This document shows positions 1 through 11,567 of a stretch of DNA of 64,000 nucleotides, in pieces. Made by a program: the position numbers and the translations under genes. The notes under the pieces are model-generated. The model was not told where the DNA came from. It saw nothing but the letters and a program-made list of their open reading frames with translations, and did no database searches. Position 1 is the first letter of the stretch; each line of letters starts with the position of its first letter. Source of the DNA: Octopus sinensis (lineage: Eukaryota); the NCBI RefSeq assembly GCF_006345805.1, contig NC_042999.1:78802001-78866000 (forward strand). Direction: 5' to 3'.

Positions 1-1290
1 GTATTTAGTGATTCGTCTTAATCAAGATATCTTGAAAGCATGAGATTCCGTGAAACAAAGACAACCGCAATACCACCACCACGACGACCACCACCAACGA
101 CAACAGAAGCAACAATAACAGCGTAACTGACAACAACAGCAACAACAAATCCCATTAGATTTCTTTTTCTTTTTTTCTAATCTTCATTTTTCTGTAAGAC
201 AGAGATGAATTACTAAGGCTAATGGTGCTGAAGGTGTTTGCAGTGGTGGTGGTGGTGGTGGTGGTAAGAATGGTGGGTGGTAGTGATGGTTAGGATATAG
301 GGATGATTCTATGGCGACGATTGGTTTTGAAAAAGGGGAGATAAAGGAAGATGGGAGATTGGGTGTTGGTTGGCGATGGTCATTTATACAACAAATGATG
401 GATATGCATTTGCGAGAGAGAGTGTGACAGTACGTGTGCCTGTGACTGCCCGCGTGTATATATATATATATCTGTGTATATGTGTGTGTATGCATATATG
501 TACGTATATACAAATACACACACATATATATATATACACACATATATACATACATATGTCTTGTTTATATTGAAAAAGGGAAGATTTAGTACTCAATATA
601 TGGTTGGGGTATAACGATACATTATCCAGTTGAAATCTTCTGTCGTTATCTTAAAATATCCAAAATGGCACCACTACCTCACTGTTTCATTGGATGACAT
701 AGACCACGTGAGGTACACTTAGAAGTTGGTAAAACTAAAAATGAATAGATTTTCCTTCAGGGAAATCACCTTCAGTTGATTTGATTTAGAAATTTTAGCC
801 GTTTATTCGTGCACCAACAAGCGTCCTTTCTTTGTCGACTGTTTTTGAGTTATTGGTTGGGGATGAAGAATTTAATTGTCAGTAAGATTTTAAGTAGAGT
901 GTGTGATGCCTTCTGTATCACACAGACTTTTGCTCAGTCCTGTGTGAAAGATAATCAAAGAATCAAGAATTTGGAATGTCAAATCCTAAAAATTCATGAT
1001 TTTGGAGGCTATCTTTCATTCTCCTATAGAACTAGTCATAATTGCTATTTGGTAACAGTGACGCATCATCTAGAGGCGACAAAAAATTTAATAAAGCAAA
1101 CATTGGTTGTATCGTATTTGATATACCTACCTATGTTTGTCTATCTTTTTCAGTTACATGTCACTGACTACTCGGAGTTATTTTTCTTAACTTATTTTTG
1201 TTTAATTGAAGCAAATTATCTTGGTCAAAACTGAGTTCTACAGATTTTACGTTAGTCTATATCCCTTGACTCTTGGATAAAAGGCTGGAT

Positions 1291-1350
1291 AATTCTCTTA
1301 CTGATGATACCTATTAAGGTAGAAACCTGTATCCACGGATGTCCTCTTAT
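1291..1350 (+). ncRNA. Hammerhead-ribozyme-like motif (core and stem II intact, stem I defective)
   Basis: CTGATGA (1301-1307), stem II TACCT-atta-AGGTA, GAAA (1322-1325), bulged stem III ending in GTC (1341-1343). The bases flanking the core do not form stem I. Confidence 0.4.
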
Positions 1351-1369
1351 CTCTAGAAGATATGCGTGA

Positions 1370-1371
<2 letters not shown>

Positions 1372-1449
<78 letters not shown>
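1372..1449. repeat. (TA)n microsatellite
   Basis: Perfect TA run, directly visible. Confidence 0.95.
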
Positions 1450-1450
<1 letters not shown>

Positions 1451-1554
1451 GTTTAATTTTACTGGCTGTTGGCTGATGCTGCATTCACGCTGGGGTACTG
1501 CTGTTAGTCAGATTGTTTTTTTATGGCACCCCCACTTCCCGGTTTTCTCTTCGA

Positions 1555-1555
<1 letters not shown>

Positions 1556-1620
<65 letters not shown>
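1556..1620. repeat. (TCTA)n microsatellite
   Basis: Perfect tetranucleotide run. Confidence 0.95.
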
Positions 1621-1947
1621 AATATTGATCTGAGACAATATTCTTGTGGATAAGTTTGTAGACAAATTTAAATGTGTAACAAACACATTTGATCTCGATA
1701 TACACATTCCTTGATAAAGTAACACGTATCTCCCTGATGTCTAATACCGGAACCTCATCAATCTGCATAGCTAATATGCCAACTGAATTTATTGGTTTCG
1801 ATTTTGTCTCTTCTTAGTTTTAGATTTTAAACACCCTTGAGGGAAGCATTTGTTAACTAACTACTTTGATAATTATAGTTGATCAAAGCTTTTCATCGTC
1901 ACTTATATTACATAGATGAGACCCTACTGGAATTGATATATTGTATA

Positions 1948-2146
1948 CCAGCTTCAAAGCCGCATTCCGCGCGGGTTTTTAATTTAGTTCCTGCGGAGAG
2001 CTAATTGGACATGCGGCCCAAAACTAAAGGGAGCAATAATAATAAAGTATGTTTATATACAAGTAGCTTAAAAGCAGACTTTTGCGCTAGCTCCTGTGGA
2101 GGCCTAATTGGGCCTGTGGCCCAAAGCTAACTGACCAATAATAATA
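1948..2146 (-). mobile_element. Two tandem Helitron-type 3' end modules
   Basis: Two related ~105-bp units. On the minus strand each reads ctcc(g/a)cagga(a/g)cta...GC-rich segment...aag-CTGG|T (end 1948) or aag-CTAC|T (end 2063). They lie just downstream of the Helitron helicase stop codon. Confidence 0.55.
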
Positions 2147-2222
2147 GACCATTTATTGGTGCCCTACCATCTCAGTGATACAAAATTCTCCAAAAGTGAT
2201 ATAAAGCTGTGACATTTGGACT

Positions 2223-2890
2223 TCACTGTAAAGCAGTAGGATAAACAACATTCTTGGTTTTACCATTTAGTGTGGGTGTGGAGATATTGTTGCCATTTCC
2301 AACTCTGGAACAACAAACATAGAACTGACCATGGGAAAAAGCACTGCTGCATGAGGTGAAGTCCAACAATTTTCCCTGATTGTCCTCGATCCTTGTTAAA
2401 TGATATTGCAAAACTAATTCTTACTGGAAATTGAAGTCTTTTGAATTGAAAGGGCATGTCTGCGGGAATCAGTAGAATTCTTGGAATAAAGACATTTTCT
2501 TCCTTTCCTTATCCAGTGAGGATTTTGTGAGAAGGCATTCCAGAAGGATCCAAAGAGTTAAGAAACTCAGTAGGATAATTCACAGCCTCACTGAGGTCCA
2601 GAACAGTATCAATTGAGAAATAATTTGTTTCCTCAGTACTGATTGATTGCATAAGTTTCCAATTGACAACCTGGACAGTTTCATCCTTTGATGCAAGTAT
2701 GGCTCTTTAACAAAGTCAGTCATGATCTTGAAAATTATGTCCAATGTTTTGGGGTGAACCTTGAGTGAAACTTCTACAAGTTTGACCAAAATGCCACAGC
2801 CATTAGGAACAGTGATGTCACCATTACTATCTTGCTGAATGCTTCCATTTCTCAGATCAAGTAGCTGAGTTGCAAATCTTCCAACATCCA
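2223..2890 (-). mobile_element. Decayed Helitron Rep/Hel PIF1-like helicase C-terminus
   Basis: Frameshifted minus-strand translation FATQLLDL..NYPTEFLNSLDPSGMPSHK/ILTG..EENVFIPRILLIPADMPFQFKRLQFPVRISFAISFNKDRGQS..FSHGQFYVCCSRVG..GKTKNVVYPTALQ* matches Helitron helicase motifs V-VI. Confidence 0.9.
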
Positions 2891-2908
2891 AATTTCGGTA
2901 CTGACCCC

Positions 2909-3010
2909 GCCGAAAGTCCGAACCGGCTGGAAGTCTGATCGGGCCGAAAGTCCAATCTAGCCGAAATTTCGATTTGGGTGGAAGTATGATTTGGGCCGAA
3001 AGTTCGAGTT
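2909..3010. repeat. Six diverged ~17-bp tandem units (ggccgaaagt..), probably subterminal repeats of a non-autonomous DNA transposon abutting the Helitron remnant
   Basis: gccgaaagtccgaacc / ggctggaagtctgatcg / ggccgaaagtccaatct / agccgaaatttcgattt / gggtggaagtatgattt / gggccgaaagttcgagt. Confidence 0.6.
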
Positions 3011-3287
3011 CTTCAATATTTCCTTCCGAGAACATCAATTTACAAACTCCGCAGAAGTTCGAAACCTCACAAATACGAAACCTCTCTAACTTGGATCTAA
3101 AACCAGCAACTCCTCTAATCCCAAGAAATGTCCTAAGGGGGCCTATTTTTTAAGAGCTGTGTAATTGGGCGCCACTGATCCCCCTATTTTTACTGCATTT
3201 ACTTTGTTCCTACGCTTATTGATTAAACCACGATAAGCATCAGTGTTTAGCACATTTGCAGAAATAAGTTTTATTACACAAGAGTAG

Positions 3288-3390
3288 AGGGCCGCGAAGC
3301 GAACCGATAGTGGGACCGAAGGCCTCAAAGCTGCCCTCCGCAGGAGCTACCCTGAATGCCGCCCGAAGGGTGGCTTCAAAGCTACTAATA
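3288..3390 (+). mobile_element. Helitron-type 3' end module (inverted relative to 1948-2146)
   Basis: ctccgcaggagcta..., hairpin GCCGCCC-gaa-GGGTGGC, then ttcaaagCTAC|T. Confidence 0.5.
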
Positions 3391-3458
3391 AAAATATTTA
3401 ATTTTCGCACACGGCTTTCCAACGTCTTTATGAAATTTAATAAGAATTATTTTTACAG

Positions 3459-4130
3459 TAGGCACAAGGCAATGAAATTTTGGGGGAAGGAGCAAGTTGA
3501 CTACATTGACTTCAGTACTCAGTTGGTTCTTTCCTTTATCTGCTCTGAAAGAGTGAGAGTCAAAGTTGAATTCAGCAGCTAACGATTCTGCTAATTCGCC
3601 GCCTTACGAAATTAAATAATAATCATTTCTACTAAAGGCGCAAGGCCTGAAATTTCTGGAGAAGGGTAAGTTAATCACATCGACCCTGGTATATGACTGG
3701 TACTTAATTTATCTGCCCTGAAAGGATGAAATTTTGACTTCAGTGCTCAGTTGGTATTTTGTTTTATCGGCTCTGAATGAATGGAAGGCAAAGTCGACTT
3801 CGGTGGAATTTGAACTCAGAACGGTGGAATTTGAACTCAGGCAAAATACTAGTAAGCATTTTCCCCGACGTCCTAACGATTCCACCAGTTCGCCGGCTTT
3901 GAAATAAAACGATAATGGTTTCTAATTGGAGCTCAAGGCTAGTGATTTTGAGGGAAGATAAGTTGGTCAATTGCATCGACATCAAGACGTGACTGATACC
4001 TTATTTTATCGACCCCAGATATATGTAAGGCAGAGTTAACCTCTGCAGGGTATGAACTCAGAATGTAATGATCTGACACAAATGCTGCAAAGCATTTTCC
4101 TTAATGCTAACACGACTCTACTAATCCACT
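3459..4130 (-). mobile_element. Three tandem diverged SINE family A monomers
   Basis: Repeated ggcacaaggcctgaaatt..atcgacc..gaaaggatgaaaggcaaagtcgac..gaatttgaactcagaac..ctaacgattc..ctcgccgcc, the reverse complement of the family A head and body. Confidence 0.8.
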
Positions 4131-4410
4131 AATCCTATGAAACAAAATAATAACAATCATTTCTGTACATGTGTCTTGCTATATCCTCCATTTCACAGGT
4201 ATGGAAACGATTACACAGTTTGTTTACCTATGTTCAATTATTTTCTTTCTTAAATTTAACCCCATCGATCGATCGATCGATCGATCGATCCATCCATCGA
4301 TCCATCCATCTATCCATCCATACATACATACATACATACATACATCCAAACATTCATTCGTCTGTCAGTCCGTCTGTCCTTCTGTCCGTTCATCCATTCA
4401 CGTTTTTTAT

Positions 4411-4451
<41 letters not shown>

Positions 4452-4864
4452 TTTACCACCACCTCTACCATAATACATCTTTGTTTTCCTTCTTAATTAG
4501 ATATTTACTTTTTCTCTCTCTATACCCATCTTTCTTCCCTTCCTTTTTTACTTTCTCTTTTTCTTTCTTCAAAGAAGCTTATATCTTCTCCCTCTATCAA
4601 CTCTCATTCTCTTTCTTTTCTTCCTTCTCTCTTTTCCTTTCTATTTTCATTTCCCTATCTTCCTTTTTCTTTTTCTCTCTCACAGCTTCGACATTTCTCC
4701 TCTCATTTCTTCCGTGTAGAACATGTTTACAGAACATACAAACCGTATCATGTATTCATGTGACTCTCCAGTGGGGGAAGAAAACAAACAAAATAAACAA
4801 CTCGCGACACATGTCTACCAAAAAATAGTGCCAGAGAAGCCAATCGAAATTACGTGTACGTACG

Positions 4865-4979
4865 TTCGTATGTATGTATGTATGTATGTATGTATGTATG
4901 TATGTATGTATGTATGTATGTATGTATGTATGTATGTATGTATGCATGTATGTATGTATATATATATGCATGTATGTAT

Positions 4980-5016
<37 letters not shown>

Positions 5017-5109
5017 GTATGTATGTATGCATGTATGTATGTATGTATATATATATGCATGTATGTATTATGTATATATATATATATATATATTTATATG
5101 TATGTATGT
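4865..5109. repeat. (TATG)n/(TA)n compound microsatellite
   Basis: Directly visible; contiguous with the 3' tail of the RLE-LINE fragment at 5110. Confidence 0.9.
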
Positions 5110-5725
5110 CAGTATTCAGTTTAAATATCAAGATTTCTTACCAATAGAGAAAGAGCCTGTTTCTAACCTAGATTCAAGGCTCCTTCATTAGAATTTCAAC
5201 ATCAACAATACGGTATTTTTGTATGTATATGTGCAGATTTGTATGTTTTGTTTTATGTATGTCTTATCATGCATATACTTGCATATCTAGACATGCTAGT
5301 ATATACTTAAATGATAAACTTCTGGAAAGTTTTACAATTTTTTACAGTTCCAGTGATGGCTTGGATTTGTAGTCTTTGAATCAGCTTTTTCCTTTCTAGT
5401 TTTGAGAAGTCTAACTCCTCAAGGTTGGTATTTAGCATGCTCCTCTATGGTTACAGGTATAAACCTGAACTTGTAATCTGGATAGAATAACTGCAGATTT
5501 CTCAATAGTTCAGCGTAGGTATTCTCTTTGTCACTGATCTTCAGCTATATGTTAACATCCGCTGGACAGCGGGTTTTCACAACTGTACACAGATTCTCTT
5601 CTCAGTCCCAAATCATTATATCAGTTCTATAGTGTTTACATTTTATTGAGGTTTTCACTGGGACATTCCAACAGTACTCCTTTGTATCATGAGTGGCTAT
5701 GGCTTCCACTATATTGTAGGTTCTT
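5110..5725 (-). mobile_element. 5'-truncated R4/Dong-like (RLE-clade) LINE fragment in a (CATA)n array
   Basis: Minus-strand translation ..KTSIKCKHYRTDIMIWD*EENLCTVVKTRCPADVNI*LKISDKENTYAELLRNLQLFYPDYKFRFIPVTI..LIQRLQIQAITGTVKNCKTFQKFII* (stop 5307-5309) resembles an RLE C-terminus. Flanked on both sides by (TATG)n. Confidence 0.75.
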
Positions 5726-5905
5726 TATGTATGTATGTATGTATGTATGTATGTATGTATGTATGTATGTATGTATGTATGTATGTATGTATGCTTGTAT
5801 ATTTATTTATTTATGTATGCATGCATGTTTTGTGATTATATCTAATTCTGTTTGTTTGATGTCTCACAAATTTATCATAAGTCTTTTCATAGACCCAAAG
5901 AAATT

Positions 5906-6274
5906 GGCACGCCAGGCGAAATACTTAGCGGTATTTTCGTCTGCCGTTAGGTTCTGAGTTCAAATTCCGCCGAGTCCGACTTTGCCTTTCATCCTTTCGG
6001 GGTCGATTAAATAAGTACCAGTTACGCACTGGGGTCAATATAATCGACTTAATCCGTTTGTCTGTCCTTGTTTGTCCTCTCTGTGTTTAGCCCCTTGTGG
6101 GTGGTAAAGAAATAAGTATTTCGTCTTTTTACATTCTGAGTTCAAATTCTGCCGAGGTCGACTTTGCTTTTCATCCTTTCGGGGTCGATAAATTAAGTAC
6201 CAGTTGCGTACTGGGGTAGATCCATTCGACTGGGCCCCTCCCCAAAATGTAGGGTCTTATGCCCAGAGTAGAAA
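5906..6274 (+). mobile_element. SINE family A dimer with 15-bp TSD
   Basis: Two units, each with B-box gagttcaaattc and a gcctttcatcctttcggggtcgat core. TSD aga(c/t)ccaaagaaatt at 5891-5905 and 6275-6289. Confidence 0.9.
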
Positions 6275-6771
6275 AGATCCAAAGAAATTAGGCTCAGATT
6301 GAATGCGTAATTCGTATAATCGCTTTTCTTTTTTTAGTTCATAATCTCAACGTATATTGCAGGTATAGTCACGTTGAGGACGAAGTAGACTAACGTGTTT
6401 AGATATGATAATATCTGTCTTCCTCACTCTACCTATCTGCGTCCGTGCGATAATCGCTATATCCAAAATGCCAAAGATGGTGTTTGTAAGGATTTAATCC
6501 TAAACCATGCGATTGCGAAGCAAACTTCCTTAACATACAACAATATATACATACTCACGCACAAATACCCTCATAAAAATACACATATACACACAAACGG
6601 GAATATATGTATGTATAGTACTGTGTAAATTCACATATAAAAATAATAACCTACATACATATATGTATAGAAATACATATTTATGTACATCTAAGTATGT
6701 ATATATATATTATATATATATATATATATAGATATATATATATATATATAAGTATGTATATATATATATAA

Positions 6772-6807
<36 letters not shown>

Positions 6808-6890
6808 TATATATACTAGTATATGTGTATATATATATATATAATATATATATATATATATAAGTATGTATATATATATTATATATATAT

Positions 6891-6924
<34 letters not shown>

Positions 6925-7390
6925 CAGTATATATACTAGTATATATATATAGAGAGAGAGATAGATAGATAGATAGATAGATAGACAGATAGATAGATAG
7001 ATAGATAGACATATACATACATACATACATGCATACATGCCTACATACAAACATATGTACATGTATACTTGTATGAACTGACTAACCCGCACACCAGTAC
7101 ATACACTAATATGTTTACAAATGTATGTTCACTTATCGTATATATATATTTGCACGCACACACACACATATACCTCTGTGTGTGTATGGATGCATAAATT
7201 TATACAAACAACCATATATCCACAAGATAAGATGGCGTCAAAATCCAACTATTTGGCTGTTATATTCTTATTTATCTCACACACTGCCACCTGCCATACC
7301 CAACGCTCTTGATATTCGCGCACACAGGCGTCGTTGCATCGTTGGGAAACATTGTCTTTCCACAAACACATAAGTTTATTTATATATATA

Positions 7391-7421
<31 letters not shown>

Positions 7422-7599
7422 AAAGTACAATACACACTCACACACACAGAAACACACGCGAAACGCACATGTACATGCGTTAGGATTTCGCACATATTAG
7501 TGGCTTTAAAAATCTTTAAAAATCCAATCCTGTAGCAGGTAAAAGTTCTATCAGAAAGCTGTTTAAAATCTGGAAACAACAAGCGAAATGACTCCAATA

Positions 7600-7820
7600 C
7601 TATCATCTGATCGAAATTTGCTCTGCAATGCTGAGAAGTTTCAAGCATTGCACTATCAGTCTACAAACTCTACACTCGGAGTTTCGGATCAGTGGGTAGT
7701 GCAATGCCAGAGTCAGAATTAGTGTATGACCTGTGAACCATATGAGTAATGATGCAATATTCCATGTGCTTATTACCAAGATGACAACACTGTGCAGGTG
7801 AGTAGCTAGATGGATTCTTA
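7600..7820 (+). mobile_element. CR1-type LINE RT C-terminal fragment
   Basis: NAEKFQALHYQ..AMPESELVYDL..MSNDAIFHVLITKMTTLCR*VARWIL, homologous to the 10472-10915 ORF. Confidence 0.75.
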
Positions 7821-8321
7821 GGGGGACACAAAAGACAGTGACTATCTTCAAAAAGTCCACACCATCAATGGAGAATACTATGTCGTCTTGCTGAGGCAAT
7901 TACGAAAGACTATCAAGACCAAATGCCCAGGAAAATTGATGAAAGCAGTCAAGTTTCATTAGGACAATGCTCCAGCACACAAGTCCTTGCTTTCAACGGC
8001 TACTGTTCATAACTGGCTTTAAACTGATTGATCACCCTTTCTATTCTACTGATTTCGCTCCATGTGACTATCATCGGTTCCCCAACATGAAAAAACACTT
8101 GGATGGGACCAGTATTGCGGTGATGATGACGTAATATTTGCTGTTGATGACTTTTGGGATAAGACAATGAAAGCTTCTTCAACAATGGGATCCAAGCACT
8201 TCAACACGATGAAAGAAGTGTATGAACCGCAATGGGGACTATGTTGAAAAATAATACTCATCTGTTCACATTCTGCGAGAGTATCTTGGTTAGCTTGTGA
8301 ACTTATCGGCCGACCCTCGTA
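7821..8321 (+). mobile_element. Mariner (Tc1/mariner, DD34D) transposase 3' remnant with right TIR
   Basis: DYLQKVHTINGEYYVVLLRQLRKTIKTKCPGKLMKAVKFH*DNAPAH..HPFYSTDFAPCDYHRFPNMKKHL..GIQALQH..GDYVEK*; ends gaacttatcggccgaccctcg|TA (8320-8321). Confidence 0.9.
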
Positions 8322-8405
8322 TATAAATATCTCTCTCAAAATCGAGATATACGCTCACTGACACAAACGCTCAGATATTTAGTTACGTTTACATATGAAG
8401 AGTTG

Positions 8406-8408
8406 TGC

Positions 8409-8439
<31 letters not shown>

Positions 8440-8473
8440 TGTATGTATGTATGTATGTATGTATGTATGTATG

Positions 8474-8507
<34 letters not shown>

Positions 8508-8600
8508 TGTATGCATGCATATATGTATGTATGCATGTATATGTGAATGTATGTATATCTGTATGTATGTATGGCCGTATGTATGCATGTATGTATATAT
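8406..8600. repeat. (TATG)n microsatellite
   Basis: Directly visible. Confidence 0.9.
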
Positions 8601-8628
8601 TCACGTATATCTCTCACTCTCATCTCTC

Positions 8629-8680
<52 letters not shown>

Positions 8681-8723
8681 ATTATATATATCCATTTGTG
8701 TGTGTGAGTGTGTGTGTACATTT

Positions 8724-8769
<46 letters not shown>

Positions 8770-9272
8770 GTATAAATGCACACACACACACTCACACATG
8801 TATATATAACTGGATTTGTGTCATATGTATAATTATATGAGCGTCAATCTACACATATAAATATGTAATGTGTATCTGTCTGTATGTCTGTCTGTCTTAC
8901 TCTCACTCTGTGTGAGTGTGTACGCGCGCATACACGCACACAAATAAAAGATAATTGATAGGAAAATATTCTTCACTAATTGGAAACTTTACCGCTGGTC
9001 ATGAATTTCAACTCTTAATAGTACGTTTGCCATTTCTGTTACAACCATCTTGAAAAACTCTACGAATGAATTTACGCTTATATGAATGCATAACTTACTA
9101 ACGTATGAATATTAACTATAACCTCACAAGAATATTGCTACAAATAAATTCATACGCCTGCGTCTACGCGCAAGCTTAAGCATAAATGCGCCGTTCACTA
9201 ACGCATATAAATAGGAAGATATACCTGTAGCAATATATATATATATATGTGTGTGTGTCTGCGTGTGTGTGC

Positions 9273-9369
<97 letters not shown>

Positions 9370-9425
9370 GATATATATAATATATATATATATACAGAGA
9401 GAGAAAAGAGAGGGAGAGAGAGATT

Positions 9426-9645
9426 ATTGTATAGAATATAATTATAATTAGGGGCACGAAGCTACCATGCCTATATGCTGCAAAAAAATTCCAAATACAT
9501 CTAAACATTCTAAATCTTCACCTGTGTATATTGTAAAATGAAGATTTAGAGTGGCTGGACGTATTTGGCGTCTATTTTCAGCATATTTTCAGCATATAGG
9601 CACAGTAGCTTCAGTGCCCTTAATTATAATTGTACCCTATACAAT
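9426..9645. repeat. Imperfect foldback (inverted repeat, ~100-bp arms)
   Basis: attgtatagaatataattataattaggggcacgaagctaccatgcctatatgctg..ctaaatcttca pairs with tgaagatttagag..cagcatataggcacagtagcttcagtgcccttaattataattgtaccctatacaat. Confidence 0.8.
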
Positions 9646-9654
9646 TATATAACA

Positions 9655-9890
9655 CTATATACGAAGATGTACTTGCATAGCAAGTGACCCGATCTGAGAT
9701 CGTGTGCTGGAACGAAAACAATTGCAGTGTGGAAGGTGCTTATAAGGCATTGAAAAAACACACGAAAGGCGTTAGATTCACTTCAACGTTTAAATTTAAT
9801 TTGCCGAAATATTTTCGTCGCTTTGAGACCGCGACCTGTTCACTGACAGAATTCCGTGCTGCACCTTCCACGCTGCACTATATACGAAAT
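9655..9890. mobile_element. Interspersed repeat with internal 17-bp inverted repeat (possible PLE terminal repeat)
   Basis: tgcagtgtggaaggtgc (~9723) versus gcaccttccacgctgca (~9861), 16/17 match; minus-strand hairpin GTCGC..GCGAC followed by GAAA. Confidence 0.4.
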
Positions 9891-10059
9891 GTACCTAAAA
9901 GGTTATTTTGTTATATGCTGGCTACTGATAAAATTCAGTAATTTTAAGGATTTTATCGTTTAATTATGTTTATACACTCCCTCAACACATATATTCTTTT
10001 ATCGGTTTCAGCTCAAAGCTGTGGCCATGCTGGTGCACCGCCGTTCTGCTACACTGCTA

Positions 10060-11335
10060 TTATTGACAGCCAGCTCTGATATGTGGCATTTGGTGAATAA
10101 AGGGGTTTGATGCTGCTGCCCTCATTTGTGTTCTCCCCCTGCCAGGAGATAGGTTCATCTGGCACTCTCGACAGGAAGTGATCCAGTTTTGTTTTGAAAA
10201 CATCTACATCTACTTCGTGTAGGTCCCTTAGGCCCTTCGGGAGAATATTTAAAATAAATGTAGGCCCTTAAACCACACAGACTGTTGCAGTAACTGGTCC
10301 TGAAACGCGACGGCAGGGTTGGGTTCTTTGACGCTGTGAAGTGGCGACCCGTTTTGGCATTTGTGTAGCTTTCTATGCCAAAATTTGGTACAGTTCCTTT
10401 CAGGATCTTCCAGAGGTATATTACTGCGTATCTCGCCCGCCTGCTCTTCAGAGAGTAAAGTCTTAGCTTTTTCAGCCTATCCCAGTAACTGAGCTGTTGC
10501 AATGAGACGATATTTTTTTTGTGCTGCTTCGCTGGATTGCTTCAAAGTCCGCTGTTAATTTTACAATGTGACGTGACCATAGCTGGGAGCAGTAGTCCAA
10601 GCGGCTGAGGACGAATGTCCTCCAGAGGACCATCATGGTTTCCTTCTCTCTTGTTCGGAAGGTTCTCAGGATCCAGCCAGCCAGCCGTCTGCACTTTGTC
10701 ACCATCCTGGTAATTTGCACTTGGAAATAGGTATCATTACTCTTGTCGATACTCAGGTCACGCACTGATTTAGATTCTGGGATTGTAATCCCCACTGGGC
10801 TAGTGTATCTTGTATGTTTTTCGTCTAATTTTGGGTGCTGGTAGCGCAGGGCTATGAATTTTTCAGCATTATACTGCTTATTATTGCACTCAGCCCATCT
10901 AAAAATTGAGTCCAACTCCTGCTGCAGGCGTGCAATATCGGTAGGGTATTGTATTTTCCACGAGACTTTGGTATCGTTTCCCTAACTAGTAAGGGTGGCT
11001 ATCCGGGCAGCTGAGGGACTATCTGAGAGGGCCAGTATGAAAAGCAGTTGTGCTAAGACAATGCCCCGTAGAACACTCAGTATTTGTGTTTCCTTCGAGG
11101 TGGTATCTTTGGCCACCATTGCCTGACTTCTATCTTTCAGATAGTCATATAACCACTCTCCAAGTGTTCCAGGTATGCGAAGAACCCGTAGATTATGGCA
11201 TATCATACTATGATCAACATTATCAAAAGTTTTTGCAAAGTCAAGGTATATTGCGTACACATTTGAGTTGTAGAGTAACTGCTTCAACACCCAGTCATAC
11301 TGCTTTCTCTCCGTAACTTACAAAGCCTTTCGGGC
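10060..11335 (-). mobile_element. Decayed CR1-type LINE, RT domain to 3' end
   Basis: ORFs 10982-11290 (YAIYLDFAKTFDNVDH..VLRGIVLAQLLFIL), 10472-10915 (YNAEKF..VRDL..AGWILRTF..FVLSRLDYCSQLW) and 10155-10502 (SYWDRLKKLRLYSL..RRARY). Confidence 0.9.
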
Positions 11336-11567
11336 TTGTTTCACACACACATACACACACACACACGCGCGCGCGCACACACACGCAAACACATGCACGT
11401 GCACACACACACACACCACACACACACACACACACTTGCTTCTATTAGAGCTTGTGTAACCTCATCAAGGGATGCTTTTATCCAAGGAAATATTGGTTCA
11501 ATACCTAGTATTTTGGGGGAATTAAACATAATAGGTATACATATAAAAACGTAGTTTATATTCATAG

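Noticed and set aside
184-420. Pro-rich ORF (PPFLPPPPPPPLQ)
   Set aside because: Explained by a (GGT)n repeat and purine-rich low-complexity DNA; no splice signals identified.
9815-9860. Hairpin + GAAA on the minus strand as a hammerhead
   Set aside because: The bases before the stem (GUGAACAG) cannot be fitted to CUGANGA.
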